Assembly (NCBI GenBank): GCA_963682165.1
Contig: OY821666.1
Coordinates: forward strand, 580,771 to 644,770
Direction: 5' to 3'
DNA from: an uncultured Psychromonas sp.
GTDB taxonomy: Bacteria > Pseudomonadota > Gammaproteobacteria > Enterobacterales > Psychromonadaceae
DNA length: 64,000 bases
Shown: in pieces, positions 10,923 to 20,017 of the stretch
Position numbering within the stretch: position 1 is the stretch's first letter
Layout: every line of letters starts with the position of its first letter
The notes under the pieces: generated by a model
Told to the model about the DNA's origin: nothing
Database searches by the model: none
The model's input: the letters and a program-made list of their open reading frames with translations, nothing else
Made by a program: the position numbers and the translations under genes

Positions 10923-11951
10923 CTATTTCATTTTGATTAATTTTTTTTTGACAACGGAAATCTGCTTGGAAAATAATTGTGCATTGAGAAAATAGCTAGG
11001 GTATGCTTTTTTTAGGGCAGCTATTGACTCAGAGGTAACGAGTACAACTTGCAAGTTTTCACCTTGATCTACCCTCTGTTCCATAATTGAATAAAGAATG
11101 TTCGCTTGATCAATATCTTTTGGTGAATATGACTGTATATTTGCAACTTTTTTGTCGAGATTAAGTATAACGAGATGATAATGTCCTTTCTTTTTATCGT
11201 CCTTAATATGACGAGCGGCCACTCTAAACCCTGACAGCTTACTTAATACATCTAACTCCTTTTCTTTTTTTAGCAGCATCTCGAAAACTTCTTTAGCAGC
11301 GAACTTGTCATGTTCAGGAACTCTTGGCGTGCTTTCGAGTATTGCAAAAGCTGAGCTTGCTAAAGAAAAGAAGTTAAGCCATTCATTAGGGCCTTCGCTA
11401 GATTTTAGAGAGTGATCAAGGAATGTACCCATAGTTTCTACAGCTGTTGCCCAAGCATGCTGAATAATGGTTCTAATTTGAAGCTCAATTGAAAATCCAT
11501 CTTTACATTTGAATACCATATGAATACTTCTATACCCAGAGCCCTTTGGGTAATTTATATAGTCTTTTCTGCCATTAATAATTTTGAATAGTTTTGTTCC
11601 CTTTTTGTAGTAACTTTCAATCTCTCGTACTTTTTTCATATCTTTAACAACAGCACGAATACCTCCAATGTCTTGCATCCTAGCGAGCTGCATTCCAGGG
11701 TTTCGCTTTAGCTTTGAAAGTATTGACGGGGTGCGTTTTAGTCTTTGAGACACTAATGCGTTTACATCGACCTTTTTTAGATTCCTTCTTAGAGATGTTT
11801 GGAAGCTATTTAGTGTGGCCACATGACAAACTCGCCAGTTATCCAATACTTTTTTAGCATCATCATGCTCTTCCTGAGAAGAAGAGAGCAATGCTGTACC
11901 AGCTCTGCTTACTGCACCTTTTGAATATTCGAATTCGATTTTCGACATCAC
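10923..11951 (-). CDS. RelA/SpoT nucleotidyltransferase-domain protein (small alarmone synthetase-like) cassette
   Basis: QRLKRTPSILSKL, MQDIGGIR, GYRSIH, IELQIRT and QHAWATAVE motifs; no HD, TGS or ACT domains; about 120 aa C-terminal extension. Confidence 0.85.
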   Translation of the reverse strand: MMSKIEFEYSKGAVSRAGTALLSSSQEEHDDAKKVLDNWRVCHVATLNSFQTSLRRNLKKVDVNALVSQRLKRTPSILSKLKRNPGMQLARMQDIGGIRAVVKDMKKVREIESYYKKGTKLFKIINGRKDYINYPKGSGYRSIHMVFKCKDGFSIELQIRTIIQHAWATAVETMGTFLDHSLKSSEGPNEWLNFFSLASSAFAILESTPRVPEHDKFAAKEVFEMLLKKEKELDVLSKLSGFRVAARHIKDDKKKGHYHLVILNLDKKVANIQSYSPKDIDQANILYSIMEQRVDQGENLQVVLVTSESIAALKKAYPSYFLNAQLFSKQISVVKKKLIKMK

Positions 11952-12001
11952 TGCTCTTATTCCCCTACAACCTTTAGGTCGGAGATATTTAGTGGGCTGT
12001 A

Positions 12002-12153
12002 CACATGACAGTATTATTAGTATAAAACGTTGCTTCTAATTGCAAACTACTCTTTTCCTTTTATATGTCAATGGCATTAAAAACAAACTGTTAGCTAAAT
12101 TTATGAATTGTGAAGAATATCAAATCAGGAAAGTATCTGACTAATTACGCATT
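12002..12153 (-). repeat. Partial long-attC family unit, truncated by a REP
   Basis: gacagtattattagta head plus ctaattgcaaactactc...aaatcaggaaagtatc body, homologous to the copies at 14046, 15332, 26574 and 30838. Confidence 0.7.
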
Positions 12154-12188
12154 TCTCATTCTCACGCTCTCGCGTGGGAATGCATACC
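12154..12188. repeat. REP palindrome
   Basis: tctcattctcacgctctcgcgtgggaatgcatacc; CCCACGC-N-GCGTGGG-type hairpin. Confidence 0.8.
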
Positions 12189-12227
12189 TAACTTCACCAT
12201 TGCGTACATATCTTGTTTGTTATATTT

Positions 12228-12941
12228 TTATTCTCGGAGCTTATTTTTTTGATATTTGTATACAGGCAATATTGCATCAAATAATAAATCAATTTTTTCA
12301 GTGATTTGGGTAATGTAACCTTCTAAGTCGGCCTTAGTGATAACAAGAAAATCATCTATCAATGCATCTAAATCACCAGCTGGCATAAACTCTTTTCCGT
12401 TAGCTTCTTTTGAAATGTAATCTGTACTTATACGCAACTGCAACAATCCTAATTGCTCTTCGGTATAGCGGTCGTGATGAATAACAGTATTTCTAATTAA
12501 ACGATATTCATTGCACACCTTGTTAATTGCTTTGAGTTTATTTACTAAACCAAATCTTTTAACCTGCTCGTTAGTCACTAATGAATTATGATTTATAGCT
12601 TCATTACTTATGCCCAAATCCAATATTCGATTAGTCAATATTAAAACCCGATCGTATATTGATTGGACTCGAATTATACTGTTTACTATTAGCATCTAAA
12701 TATTAAAGCTTAATAACACACAATCATCACTAATGTTCTTGAGTAATTCGCCATTTAACATATTTAAAGATAGTTCGACCTTTGTTATTGAAGCGCCTAC
12801 AACACTCAAAAACTTTGCACATAAAATGATGTAATTGTCTAAATATGTTTTATATTCAACGCAAATATTATTGCCATCTGCTTTAGCAGTAAATATGGGG
12901 CTTTCTTTATCGAGTATTATTTTCTTTTCAATTTTATGCAT
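12228..12941 (-). pseudogene. Cthe_2314-like HEPN domain protein split by one in-frame TAG
   Basis: ORFs 12696-12941 and 12228-12695 are in frame and separated only by TAG (12696-12698); IRVQSIYDRVLILTN and RNTVIHH (Rx4H) motifs. Confidence 0.65.
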
Positions 12942-12955
12942 AAATCCTCAGAAAA

Positions 12956-13027
12956 ATATAACGTCAAGCTCACAGGTAAATTACGAGTTCAGCTAGTAAT
13001 TTATCCTAGTGTAGCTTCTTGTTAACT
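12956..13027 (-). repeat. attC site (72 bp)
   Basis: Minus strand AGTTAAC-AAGAA-GCTACAC...GTGAGC-TTGAC-GTTATAT, with the extra base in L''. Confidence 0.9.
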
Positions 13028-13092
13028 CTTTTCGATTTATGTTCTTAAATTCCACGCACCTGTCTAACTATAAATTCTTGCTCATGATAGTT

Positions 13093-13725
13093 TTATACGC
13101 TTTTGCAAACAATCGCAAGCCAAGGTTGCTGATCTCTCGGCACACCATCGGGGCGGTAATAATGAGACAGTATACTAAAATGGGCTGCTAGTAAGCTGGT
13201 TCTCGCTTCATCGAATTCGATAAAATTTCCATACCGACCACCAGACCACCCTTCGTTGTTACCGCGTGGATTGGAAGAAAATAGAATGCCACCTGGCCTT
13301 AGGCTTGTGTGCAACTCGGTCAGAATGCGGGGAAGCTCCTGGCTGGGTACGTGGAACAAGGAGGCATTGGCAAAGACGGCATCAAACGCAGCGGTCGGCA
13401 AATCGAGTGTCAGAAATTCTTGGCAGAGTATTTCGCACCCGCTGTACTGTCTTGCCATCTCACAAAATTTTTGGCTACCATCAAGACCCACTGGCCGATG
13501 GCCTAACGATTTAAAATAGCCTACATCCCGGCCAGGGCCACAACCGAAATCCAATATATCCAGAGAATTACCTTGCGTGCACTGAGATAAGAGAGCACGG
13601 TAATTTTGAGAAACATCATGATCTTTTGTTCCGCGCCAAAAAGACTGTGCATTATCCTCGTAGTGGTTCAATGTTGTCTTTTCGACATTCTCAAGCTGTT
13701 CTGGAGATAATTGATTATTCGTCAC
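13093..13725 (-). CDS. Class I SAM-dependent methyltransferase (cassette)
   Basis: ILDFGCGPGRD, VGLDGS and FANASLFH motifs; more GC-rich than the host core genes. Confidence 0.85.
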   Translation of the reverse strand: MTNNQLSPEQLENVEKTTLNHYEDNAQSFWRGTKDHDVSQNYRALLSQCTQGNSLDILDFGCGPGRDVGYFKSLGHRPVGLDGSQKFCEMARQYSGCEILCQEFLTLDLPTAAFDAVFANASLFHVPSQELPRILTELHTSLRPGGILFSSNPRGNNEGWSGGRYGNFIEFDEARTSLLAAHFSILSHYYRPDGVPRDQQPWLAIVCKSV

Positions 13726-13728
13726 TGC

Positions 13729-13899
13729 TCAGTCTTTTTTCTCAATGGTGATGTCTATTGATTTTGTCGCACCAGCAAACCATTTTTGAACATAAAGAGA
13801 TCCCACAATTGGCTGACTCCCTTTCTCTGGAATCTCTTTGTAGCGTACGCTGTTTTTGGTTTCTTTTTCGAATTCAAAGTGCACGATGACTGTTGACAT
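13729..13899 (-). CDS. 56-aa small protein (MSTVIVHFEFEKETKNSVRYKEIPEKGSQPIVGSLYVQKWFAGATKSIDITIEKKD), not in the ORF track
   Basis: Open frame translated by hand; GAAGGGG RBS upstream of ATG; stop 3 nt before the methyltransferase GTG. Confidence 0.7.
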   Translation of the reverse strand: MSTVIVHFEFEKETKNSVRYKEIPEKGSQPIVGSLYVQKWFAGATKSIDITIEKKD

Positions 13900-14045
13900 A
13901 ACTGCCCCTTCTTTAATCTGTTCAAGGTTGCGAATACCTACCAGTGATATCCTCTATTCTATGTAATATCCAGGGACAGACAATGGAGACAAGCCACTAT
14001 AATTCCCGCGAACAACTATTTTATTCGTATATTAGTCTCAATGAG

Positions 14046-14355
14046 AGTTAATAGTATAGTAGCAGGAAACTTTTCTTCTAATTTCTCAAAAAGTTTGCGC
14101 CTATCTCATTTTAAAATTTTGTTTTGGTTATAAATAACTACTAAAATCAATTTATTAGCCTACTTTATAAATTCAGGCTTAGATAAAATCAGGGGCGTTT
14201 CCTATCTAATTACGCATAAAGTTTCCAGTATAATTGCAAACTACTCTTTTTCTTTTATATGTCAATTGCATAAAAAACAAACTATTAGCTAAGTTTGTGG
14301 AATGTGAAGAAGATTAAATCAGCAAAGTATCCGGATAATTACGCATTAGTTAGGA
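14046..14355 (-). repeat. Long tandem attC-family repeat, copy B
   Basis: Homologous to 26574-26915; core (A)TTAACT is complementary to the R'' AGTTAAC at 13021. Confidence 0.75.
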
Positions 14356-14460
14356 AGGATGCACTACTTTTTGCCCACAAGAGATGCAATAATGGCGAGC
14401 GAGCGAGCGGACTTACTTTGACGCTTTGCGCAACCACAACACTTTGGTGTTCTTTACGCT

Positions 14461-14519
14461 CCATAACGTTGCAGATCAGCCGCGCAGTTTACAAGGTCGG
14501 CTGCATTTGATTGTTATGC
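14461..14519 (-). repeat. attC site (59 bp)
   Basis: Minus strand GCATAAC-AATCA-AATGCAGCCG...CGGCTGATCT-GCAAC-GTTATGG. Confidence 0.88.
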
Positions 14520-14585
14520 GGAAGGCAGTTTTACTCCTGCTCTTAAGACTGGATTGAGTAACGGCACACACTGCGCAATGGTGTA

Positions 14586-15299
14586 CTATTTCGGCGGATC
14601 GACATGATTCAGACGTGATCGGTCGAATTCTTGGATCTCGCTCTTGAGGGTGGGATCCATGGCCAGGAGGGTCCGGATTGAGTTCGGACCAGCTTTCTCC
14701 TTTCCTTGCATGAATTGGTCATAGGCTTGGAACGTCGACGTTCGTGCCTTGTTAGGATTCGAGCACACCAGCTTCACTCCATTCGGATGCTGCTTGGGCG
14801 AGTATCCGAAGTGGAGGAGACCCAGGATCTCCCTTGCCGTCACGATGTGGAATCCTCTGTCGTAGTCCCAGAGGTTCTGCAATGAGAGCATGGACACAAG
14901 ATCGAAGTCTGCGCAGCGGTGCACGCCTCCTAGTACCCAGCAGTCGTTGATCACGGGCGCCCATTTGTCGAGCACCTGGATGTTTCCCTTGGTGTGCGGA
15001 TCCCAAAGGGTCTGTTGGTCCTCTAGGCTGATCTTCGAGCGCTTGAGATGTTCAGCGACCCACAAGTCCCCTGTGCGTCCGATGAGCATCGGGCCCATAG
15101 CGTCAAGCGACTTGGAGTACGCAAGCCAACAGTATTCCATCAAGTCGTTTAGGTGGTTCTTTCTTCGTCCATGCTTAAACTGCTGGGCAAGGTGTTGATT
15201 GACGTCTTGTTGATCCTTCTCCCATTTGAATGCGTTGACTCCCTTCAATACTCCGAGCTGCTTGAGCGATTCGCGCATGGTAACCATTGAGTATTTCAT
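14586..15299 (-). CDS. Hypothetical 237-aa cassette protein, GC-rich (start at MKYSMV)
   Basis: AAGGAG RBS before ATG at 15299; bounded by core site GTTATGA and attC 14461-14519. Confidence 0.8.
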   Translation of the reverse strand: MKYSMVTMRESLKQLGVLKGVNAFKWEKDQQDVNQHLAQQFKHGRRKNHLNDLMEYCWLAYSKSLDAMGPMLIGRTGDLWVAEHLKRSKISLEDQQTLWDPHTKGNIQVLDKWAPVINDCWVLGGVHRCADFDLVSMLSLQNLWDYDRGFHIVTAREILGLLHFGYSPKQHPNGVKLVCSNPNKARTSTFQAYDQFMQGKEKAGPNSIRTLLAMDPTLKSEIQEFDRSRLNHVDPPK

Positions 15300-15331
15300 A
15301 ATATTCTCCTTTTGGGGGATGGCTCTGAGCA

Positions 15332-15668
15332 TCATAACAATATATAGTAGGAAATTTTGCTTTTAATTTTTTAAAAAGTTTCTGCCTATCTCATTTTAAA
15401 ATTTTATTTTGGTTATAAATTACTACTAAAATCAACTTATTAGCATACTTTATAAATTCAGGATTAGATAAAATAAGGGAAGTTTCCTATATAATTGCCA
15501 GTTAGTAAGAAACTTTCTTTCTAATTCCGCATAAAGTTTACCTCTAATTGCAAGGTACTCTTTTTCTTTTATATGTCAATTGCATAAAAAACAAACTATT
15601 AGCTAAATTTACGGAATGTGAAGAAGATCAAATTAGGAAAGTATCCAGCTAATTACGCATTATGTAGA
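15332..15668 (-). repeat. Long tandem attC-family repeat, copy C
   Basis: TAAC-AATAT-ATAGTAGGAAA...GGAAGTTTCCTATATAATTGCCAGTTAG followed by a second diverged unit. Confidence 0.75.
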
Positions 15669-15686
15669 AAGGATGCACTACTTTTT

Positions 15687-16320
15687 TCTCGTTACCACGC
15701 GGAAGCGTGGGAATGCATACCTAACTTCATCACTGCGTACATACCTATAGCAACCCATTTTCACCAGCATAATTTCTAGCACTGGAATATTGCCATGGCT
15801 CTGCGTTATCGATAGAACCACGTTTTGCAGGGTTATTGTGGATATACTCAACCGTAAGGGCATAATTTCATTATTTTTAATTAACACAGGGGGACACCTT
15901 CTTGGCAAAACTGATACGATCTATCATGTTTATGCGCTTTTTTATAAAAAGCTAACTGCTGTAAAATTTGTTTAATATTATTTTTGTGTAAATACTCAAG
16001 AAGTAACCTTGCTGTGTATTAATTATAGCGAGCAATATGTCTATCTAATGCTCTGCTTTGAACTACTAAATGACAGTGGTTTTCTAAAATGACAGTGGTT
16101 TTCTAAAATGACATAGACATCCACTGTTAAACCCTCTTTATATAAATGGCGTAGCGAGTCCAGCAAAATAGCAACAGTATCTGGATGGGTAAATACAGGT
16201 ATCGAGTGCAGTATGGTTAGTGTGATGAAATGGGGATGCTTTGGGTTGGTTATTTTGTATCGACTTCTACCCATTGTTTATCTTCCGTATGCATTCCCAC
16301 GGGGGAGCGTGGTAACGAGA
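15687..16320 (-). pseudogene. REP-flanked RAYT (Y1 HUH REP-associated tyrosine transposase) remnant
   Basis: HFITLT...YVILENHCH motif; inverted REPs at 15687-15721 and 16287-16320; a 19-bp tandem duplication near 16068-16110 breaks the frame. Confidence 0.8.
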
Positions 16321-16329
16321 AAAATATTA

Positions 16330-16450
16330 GGGGCTTTGCTCACTTCGCGATGGTTGGATCAAGCTTCATTATCCTGAGTGAAACGCCCTGTGCGGATCCG
16401 CATGCAGGGTATTGTGGGGGTTGATGGTTAAAGATCCTCGGCTACCAGAT
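16330..16450 (+). mobile_element. Class C group II intron 3' remnant (IEP C-terminus plus domains V-VI)
   Basis: Reads GLCSLRDGWIKLHYPE*, then gaaACGCCCTGTGCGGATCCGCATGCAGGG (DV with CGC triad), and ends ...CTACCAGAT. Confidence 0.8.
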
Positions 16451-16465
16451 TAAGTGAAAAGGTGT

Positions 16466-16711
16466 TCATGCTTTAGGTTTGAAAAACAGAATAATGCCGC
16501 TAATAACAATAAACAGTAAAGCTAGACTAAGTATTAACCCTATATATGGAACTATAATTTCCCATGTATGTATAGAAACAAGAAGTTTTTTAATTTCCTT
16601 GCTGTAGATACCCGCTTTGCGAAAAAATAATAAACAACCTGTAACTGCTAGTAAAAGAAGAAATGGCGATAGTGTTATCGCAACTATTCGATGAATTTTT
16701 CTTAGTTTCAT
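16466..16711 (-). CDS. Small PepSY-TM-like membrane protein (MKLRKIHRIVAI...)
   Basis: LRKIHR...TG and IHTW motifs with TM helices; the ATG at 16711 is preferred over the track start. Confidence 0.65.
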   Translation of the reverse strand: MKLRKIHRIVAITLSPFLLLLAVTGCLLFFRKAGIYSKEIKKLLVSIHTWEIIVPYIGLILSLALLFIVISGIILFFKPKA

Positions 16712-16811
16712 AATTCCACTCTTTTCATTTATCGCATTGCTAAGCGGAAAAGAGCCGTTGGATATAATCGCGAAGCGATGGCCAACTGTTGTTTTCCGTT
16801 TAAGCACCTTG

Positions 16812-16867
16812 TTTCAACACCCGAATAAGGTGCAGGCGAACGCGACACCTATTCTTGTTTATTAGCT
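16812..16867 (-). repeat. attC-like hairpin of the IS91-end family (diverged solo copy)
   Basis: Minus strand AGCTAAT-AAACA-AGAATAGGTG...CACCTTATTC-GGGT-GTTGAAA. Confidence 0.75.
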
Positions 16868-16877
16868 GTTTTAAATT

Positions 16878-17141
16878 TTAATAATGATAATGGCAAGATA
16901 TGATCGTTAAATGCGCATCAGTAACTGCATAAACTAATCTATTAGTTTCATCAATTCTACGAGACCAGAAACCAGATAAGTTTTCTTTTAATGATTCTGG
17001 TTTACCAATGCCCTCAAATGGAGATCGTTTAGTATCACTAATTAGCTTATTAATCCTCTTAATTGTTTTTCGATCTTGTCCCTGCCAATAAACATAATCA
17101 CCCCAAGCTTCATCTGTCCACGCAAGTAGCCTAGTCATCAA
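16878..17141 (-). CDS. yoeB: Txe/YoeB family toxin
   Basis: AWGDYVYWQ, PFEGIGKPESLK, WSRRIDETNRLVY and CHYHY. Confidence 0.93.
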   Translation of the reverse strand: MMTRLLAWTDEAWGDYVYWQGQDRKTIKRINKLISDTKRSPFEGIGKPESLKENLSGFWSRRIDETNRLVYAVTDAHLTIISCHYHY

Positions 17142-17385
17142 GGATTTCTCTTTCTGTAGCTCTGCCTAGATGGTACTGATCGATTGATTTTGATAAATGT
17201 GTGGCATTAGCTGGTGACTTAAGTAAATGCACAGTTTCCATTAAACTATTGTAATGATCCATAGACATTACAACCGCATCTTCAGCATCTCTACGTGTTA
17301 TGACTGTATAGTCGATATCATTAACTACATTATCTAAAACTGATTTAAGTCCGTTACGTGCTTCTGTGAACGATACAATACGCAT
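17131..17385 (-). CDS. yefM: Phd/YefM family antitoxin
   Basis: MRIVSFTEARNGLKSVLD, VITRR, YNSLMETVHLLKSPANA. Confidence 0.93.
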   Translation of the reverse strand: MRIVSFTEARNGLKSVLDNVVNDIDYTVITRRDAEDAVVMSMDHYNSLMETVHLLKSPANATHLSKSIDQYHLGRATEREILDD

Positions 17386-17400
17386 AAATTACCTCATTAG

Positions 17401-17448
17401 TTGTACAACAAATAAGACAAGTATAGCTACAAACGCATACATGTGCAA
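17401..17448 (-). promoter_or_regulatory. sigma70 promoter and TGTACA operator of yefM-yoeB
   Basis: TTGCAC-17 nt-TATACT on the minus strand; TTGTACAA palindrome at 17401-17408 matches the YefM-type operator core. Confidence 0.65.
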
Positions 17449-17475
17449 CATTAGGTACAAGTGAAGTTGCGTGAC

Positions 17476-17530
17476 AGCTAACGCCTCAATCACCAGCTTT
17501 AGCAAGTCCGAGTGCATTGACTTGCTGAAC
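17476..17530 (-). repeat. attC site abutting the left end of IS91-like copy 1
   Basis: Minus strand GTTCAGC-AAGTC-AATGCAC...GGTGATT-GAGGC-GTTAGCT. Confidence 0.8.
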
Positions 17531-17611
17531 GAAGCCGCTGCGCGAAAGAAAAACTGCGTTAATACTTTCTTTTATGCACCATTCTCGGTGCGCATAAAAG
17601 CAGTATACGCC

Positions 17612-18661
17612 ATGAACACTTCAAATCAACTGCGCTATGACTTTTTATATCAGCAACATTTAACCAACATTACTTTGCAGGGAATGCGCCCTGCTACCAT
17701 TGATGCTTACTCTCGTGCGCTAAGGCTGGTTGCAGGCTATTTTGCTCGTGCACCCGATGCTTTAGATAAAGCTGATTTGACATTGAACTTTGCAAGCCTA
17801 GTCAAAACACACTCTTGACGAATGTTTACATTAGATCGCAATGGCTTGCAATTCTTTTATCGTCATACCCTAGAAAAAGAGTGGGAATGGTTGAATATTG
17901 CTAAACCACCTCAACTAAAACGTATCCCTGATATTATACCATTCGCATTAATATTATGATCAAAATATGGCGAAGTGGAAAATCAGGTAATTCAAGGCGG
18001 AAGTTGTAGCTAATGGTTGTTCCCTTGGCAAAACTTCCAACACAGAAGTAGCTGATTTTACCAAACTAGATGATCACATATTTGATGCGATTGGTATTAT
18101 TACCTGTGAGCAAATTGGCGCGCTTATCTCTCATACAAAGTCGTTGCGCTACAAGGTCTTCTTTCTTGTTTTATATAGTATGGGCTTACGATTAAGTGAA
18201 GCGCTTGAATTAACTATCAATGAGATAGATAGTGTTACAATGACGGTGCATATTCGTTATGGTAAAGGGGGAAAGATAGGTTGTTACCTTTGCCTCACCG
18301 AACTTTAATCGCACTTCGCTACTATTGGAAAACGCATAAACATCCACACTTATTATTTCCCGGAAAAGGGAAAAACAAACAAGCACCAATGGACAAAGGC
18401 GGCATACAAAAAGCACTGAAAAAAGTCATTGCTGAGTTGGGGGTAAATAAAAATATCAGTCCTCATTCACTGCGACATTGCTTTGCAACACATTTATTAG
18501 AGCAAGGTATTGATTTGCGTTCTCTGCAAGTTTTACTTGGCCACCACAGCCTTAATACGACCGCGCGATATACTGAGCTCACCCCACTTAAGCAAAAAGA
18601 TAATGTCATTGCCCTTGAACAGTTAGCCAATAATATCCCAATAAAATGGGAGGCATTATGA
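17612..18661 (+). pseudogene. Tyrosine recombinase (XerD/IntI-like N-terminus) inactivated by a stop, a MITE and a frameshift
   Basis: Reconstructed GLRLSE, GKGGK(D)[14 protein letters not shown] and TTARY; TGA near 17817; 160-bp insert; -1 frameshift at GGAAAGAT. Confidence 0.88.
17937..18096. mobile_element. 160-bp MITE inside the recombinase gene
   Basis: Inverted ends TACCATTCGCATTAATAT / ATATTTGATGCGATTGGTA; TTA duplicated on both sides. Confidence 0.85.
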
Positions 18662-19725
18662 ATCAATTCATCACTTTACTTAAAGCGCATCAAACTGAGT
18701 TTGAGAAATACTATGGCGCTCGGCTAAATCAAGATATTCGCCGAGCAATGAGTGATATGTTGCACTGTAAAAATGATCGCACTCGTTACACACAATGGCA
18801 TTGTAGCCATTGCCAGCATGACCAACAGCAATTGGCATCCTGCGGAAACCGCAATTGTTCACAGTGCTTGCATCAAACCACCTCAAACTGGCTCGCTCGT
18901 CAAACGGATAAATTATTACCAGTCCATTATTTTATGGTGACATTGACTCTGCCATTTCAACTTAGTTCCCTTGCGATGCAACATCCTAAAGCACTTTATA
19001 AAATAATGTTTCAAGTCAGTGCAGAGCTGTTGAAAGGGTTCGCAGCTCGTCAGCAAAAAGGCGAGTTAGGTTTCACCACCGTGCTACACACTCATAATAG
19101 AAAACGGGATTTACACCATCACTTGCATATTATTATTCCAAGTGGACGTTATGATCCTATCAAAAAGCAGTTTTTTAAAGGTGATAAAGCTTACCTATTT
19201 AATGCGCTTTCATTAGCAAAAGTATGGCGAGCAAAAATGATTGATGCCATTAATAAGAATAAAATACTTGCTATCCCCACTGGATTGCCAAAGCAATGGG
19301 TCGTTGACTGTCGAAAAGTAGGTTTTGGATTGTCTTCATTTCAATATTTGTCGCGATACTTGTATCGAGGCGTATTACTGGGTAAAGACATTATCAATAT
19401 CCACAACGGATTAGTGACATTTCAATATAAAAAAGGTGGTTCAAATATAATCAAAATCCGCACTTTACCCGTACTAAAATTTTTATGGTTGATTTTACAA
19501 CACGTACTGCCGAAAGGCTTACAACGCGTTCGAGATTATGGATTTCTAAGAGGGAATGCAAAAAAATTGCGCTTACAAATTCAATTGATCTTAGGCTTGT
19601 TCGTCAAGTCGCCATCTGTTGAAAATGAAGCAAAAGGTAGCGCCGTTCATATTTGCCCATGCTGTCAACACAGTATGAAATTAGTCGGGTTTCACCGACT
19701 GAAGCTTGCTGAGATTGGCTTGTGA
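18658..19725 (+). CDS. IS91-family Y2 HUH transposase with Zn finger
   Basis: CSHC...[23 protein letters not shown]...HHHLH and YLSRY; ATGA overlap with the recombinase stop. Confidence 0.92.
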   Translation: MNQFITLLKAHQTEFEKYYGARLNQDIRRAMSDMLHCKNDRTRYTQWHCSHCQHDQQQLASCGNRNCSQCLHQTTSNWLARQTDKLLPVHYFMVTLTLPFQLSSLAMQHPKALYKIMFQVSAELLKGFAARQQKGELGFTTVLHTHNRKRDLHHHLHIIIPSGRYDPIKKQFFKGDKAYLFNALSLAKVWRAKMIDAINKNKILAIPTGLPKQWVVDCRKVGFGLSSFQYLSRYLYRGVLLGKDIINIHNGLVTFQYKKGGSNIIKIRTLPVLKFLWLILQHVLPKGLQRVRDYGFLRGNAKKLRLQIQLILGLFVKSPSVENEAKGSAVHICPCCQHSMKLVGFHRLKLAEIGL

Positions 19726-19907
19726 ATAGTTAGTTTTTGACCGAGATCGAAACCATTAAGGGGATGCCGATAAAGAAATAAAAATACAATAAGCCTTTGA
19801 TATGATTGAGTAATGATCGTATGCAGATAAAACTCGCCTCAAGAAAACACCTAAACTTCCCTCTGATTTCACTATTTACTATATAAGAGGCGATCCTTGA
19901 CGGGCTT

Positions 19908-19962
19908 GTTCAACAACCAGATAAGGTGTCGGCTACGCGACACCTATCCTTGTTTATTATGT
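19908..19962 (-). repeat. attC-like terminal hairpin at the right end of IS91-like copy 1
   Basis: Minus strand ACATAAT-AAACA-AGGATAGGTGTCG...CGACACCTTATCT-GGTT-GTTGAAC. Confidence 0.8.
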
Positions 19963-20017
19963 TGTTTCAGGCATGATATTATGTCTGCTGAGCTTGACTT
20001 TAGGTGTATAGCTACTT

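Larger units (their letters stand above)
17526..19957 (+). mobile_element. IS91-like element (tyrosine recombinase + Y2 transposase), copy 1
   Basis: Homology with copy 2 starts at TGAACGAAGCC and ends at ...GACACCTATCCTTGTTTAT; no target duplication. Confidence 0.85.

Noticed and set aside
10923-11951. Duplicate of the housekeeping relA
   Set aside because: Only the synthetase fold is shared; it has no HD, TGS or ACT domains and sits in a cassette
17612-18661. Tyrosine recombinase as the array's integron integrase IntI
   Set aside because: It lacks the IntI-specific insertion between the GKGGK and HxLRH regions, is translationally coupled to an IS91 transposase, occurs twice mid-array and is a pseudogene
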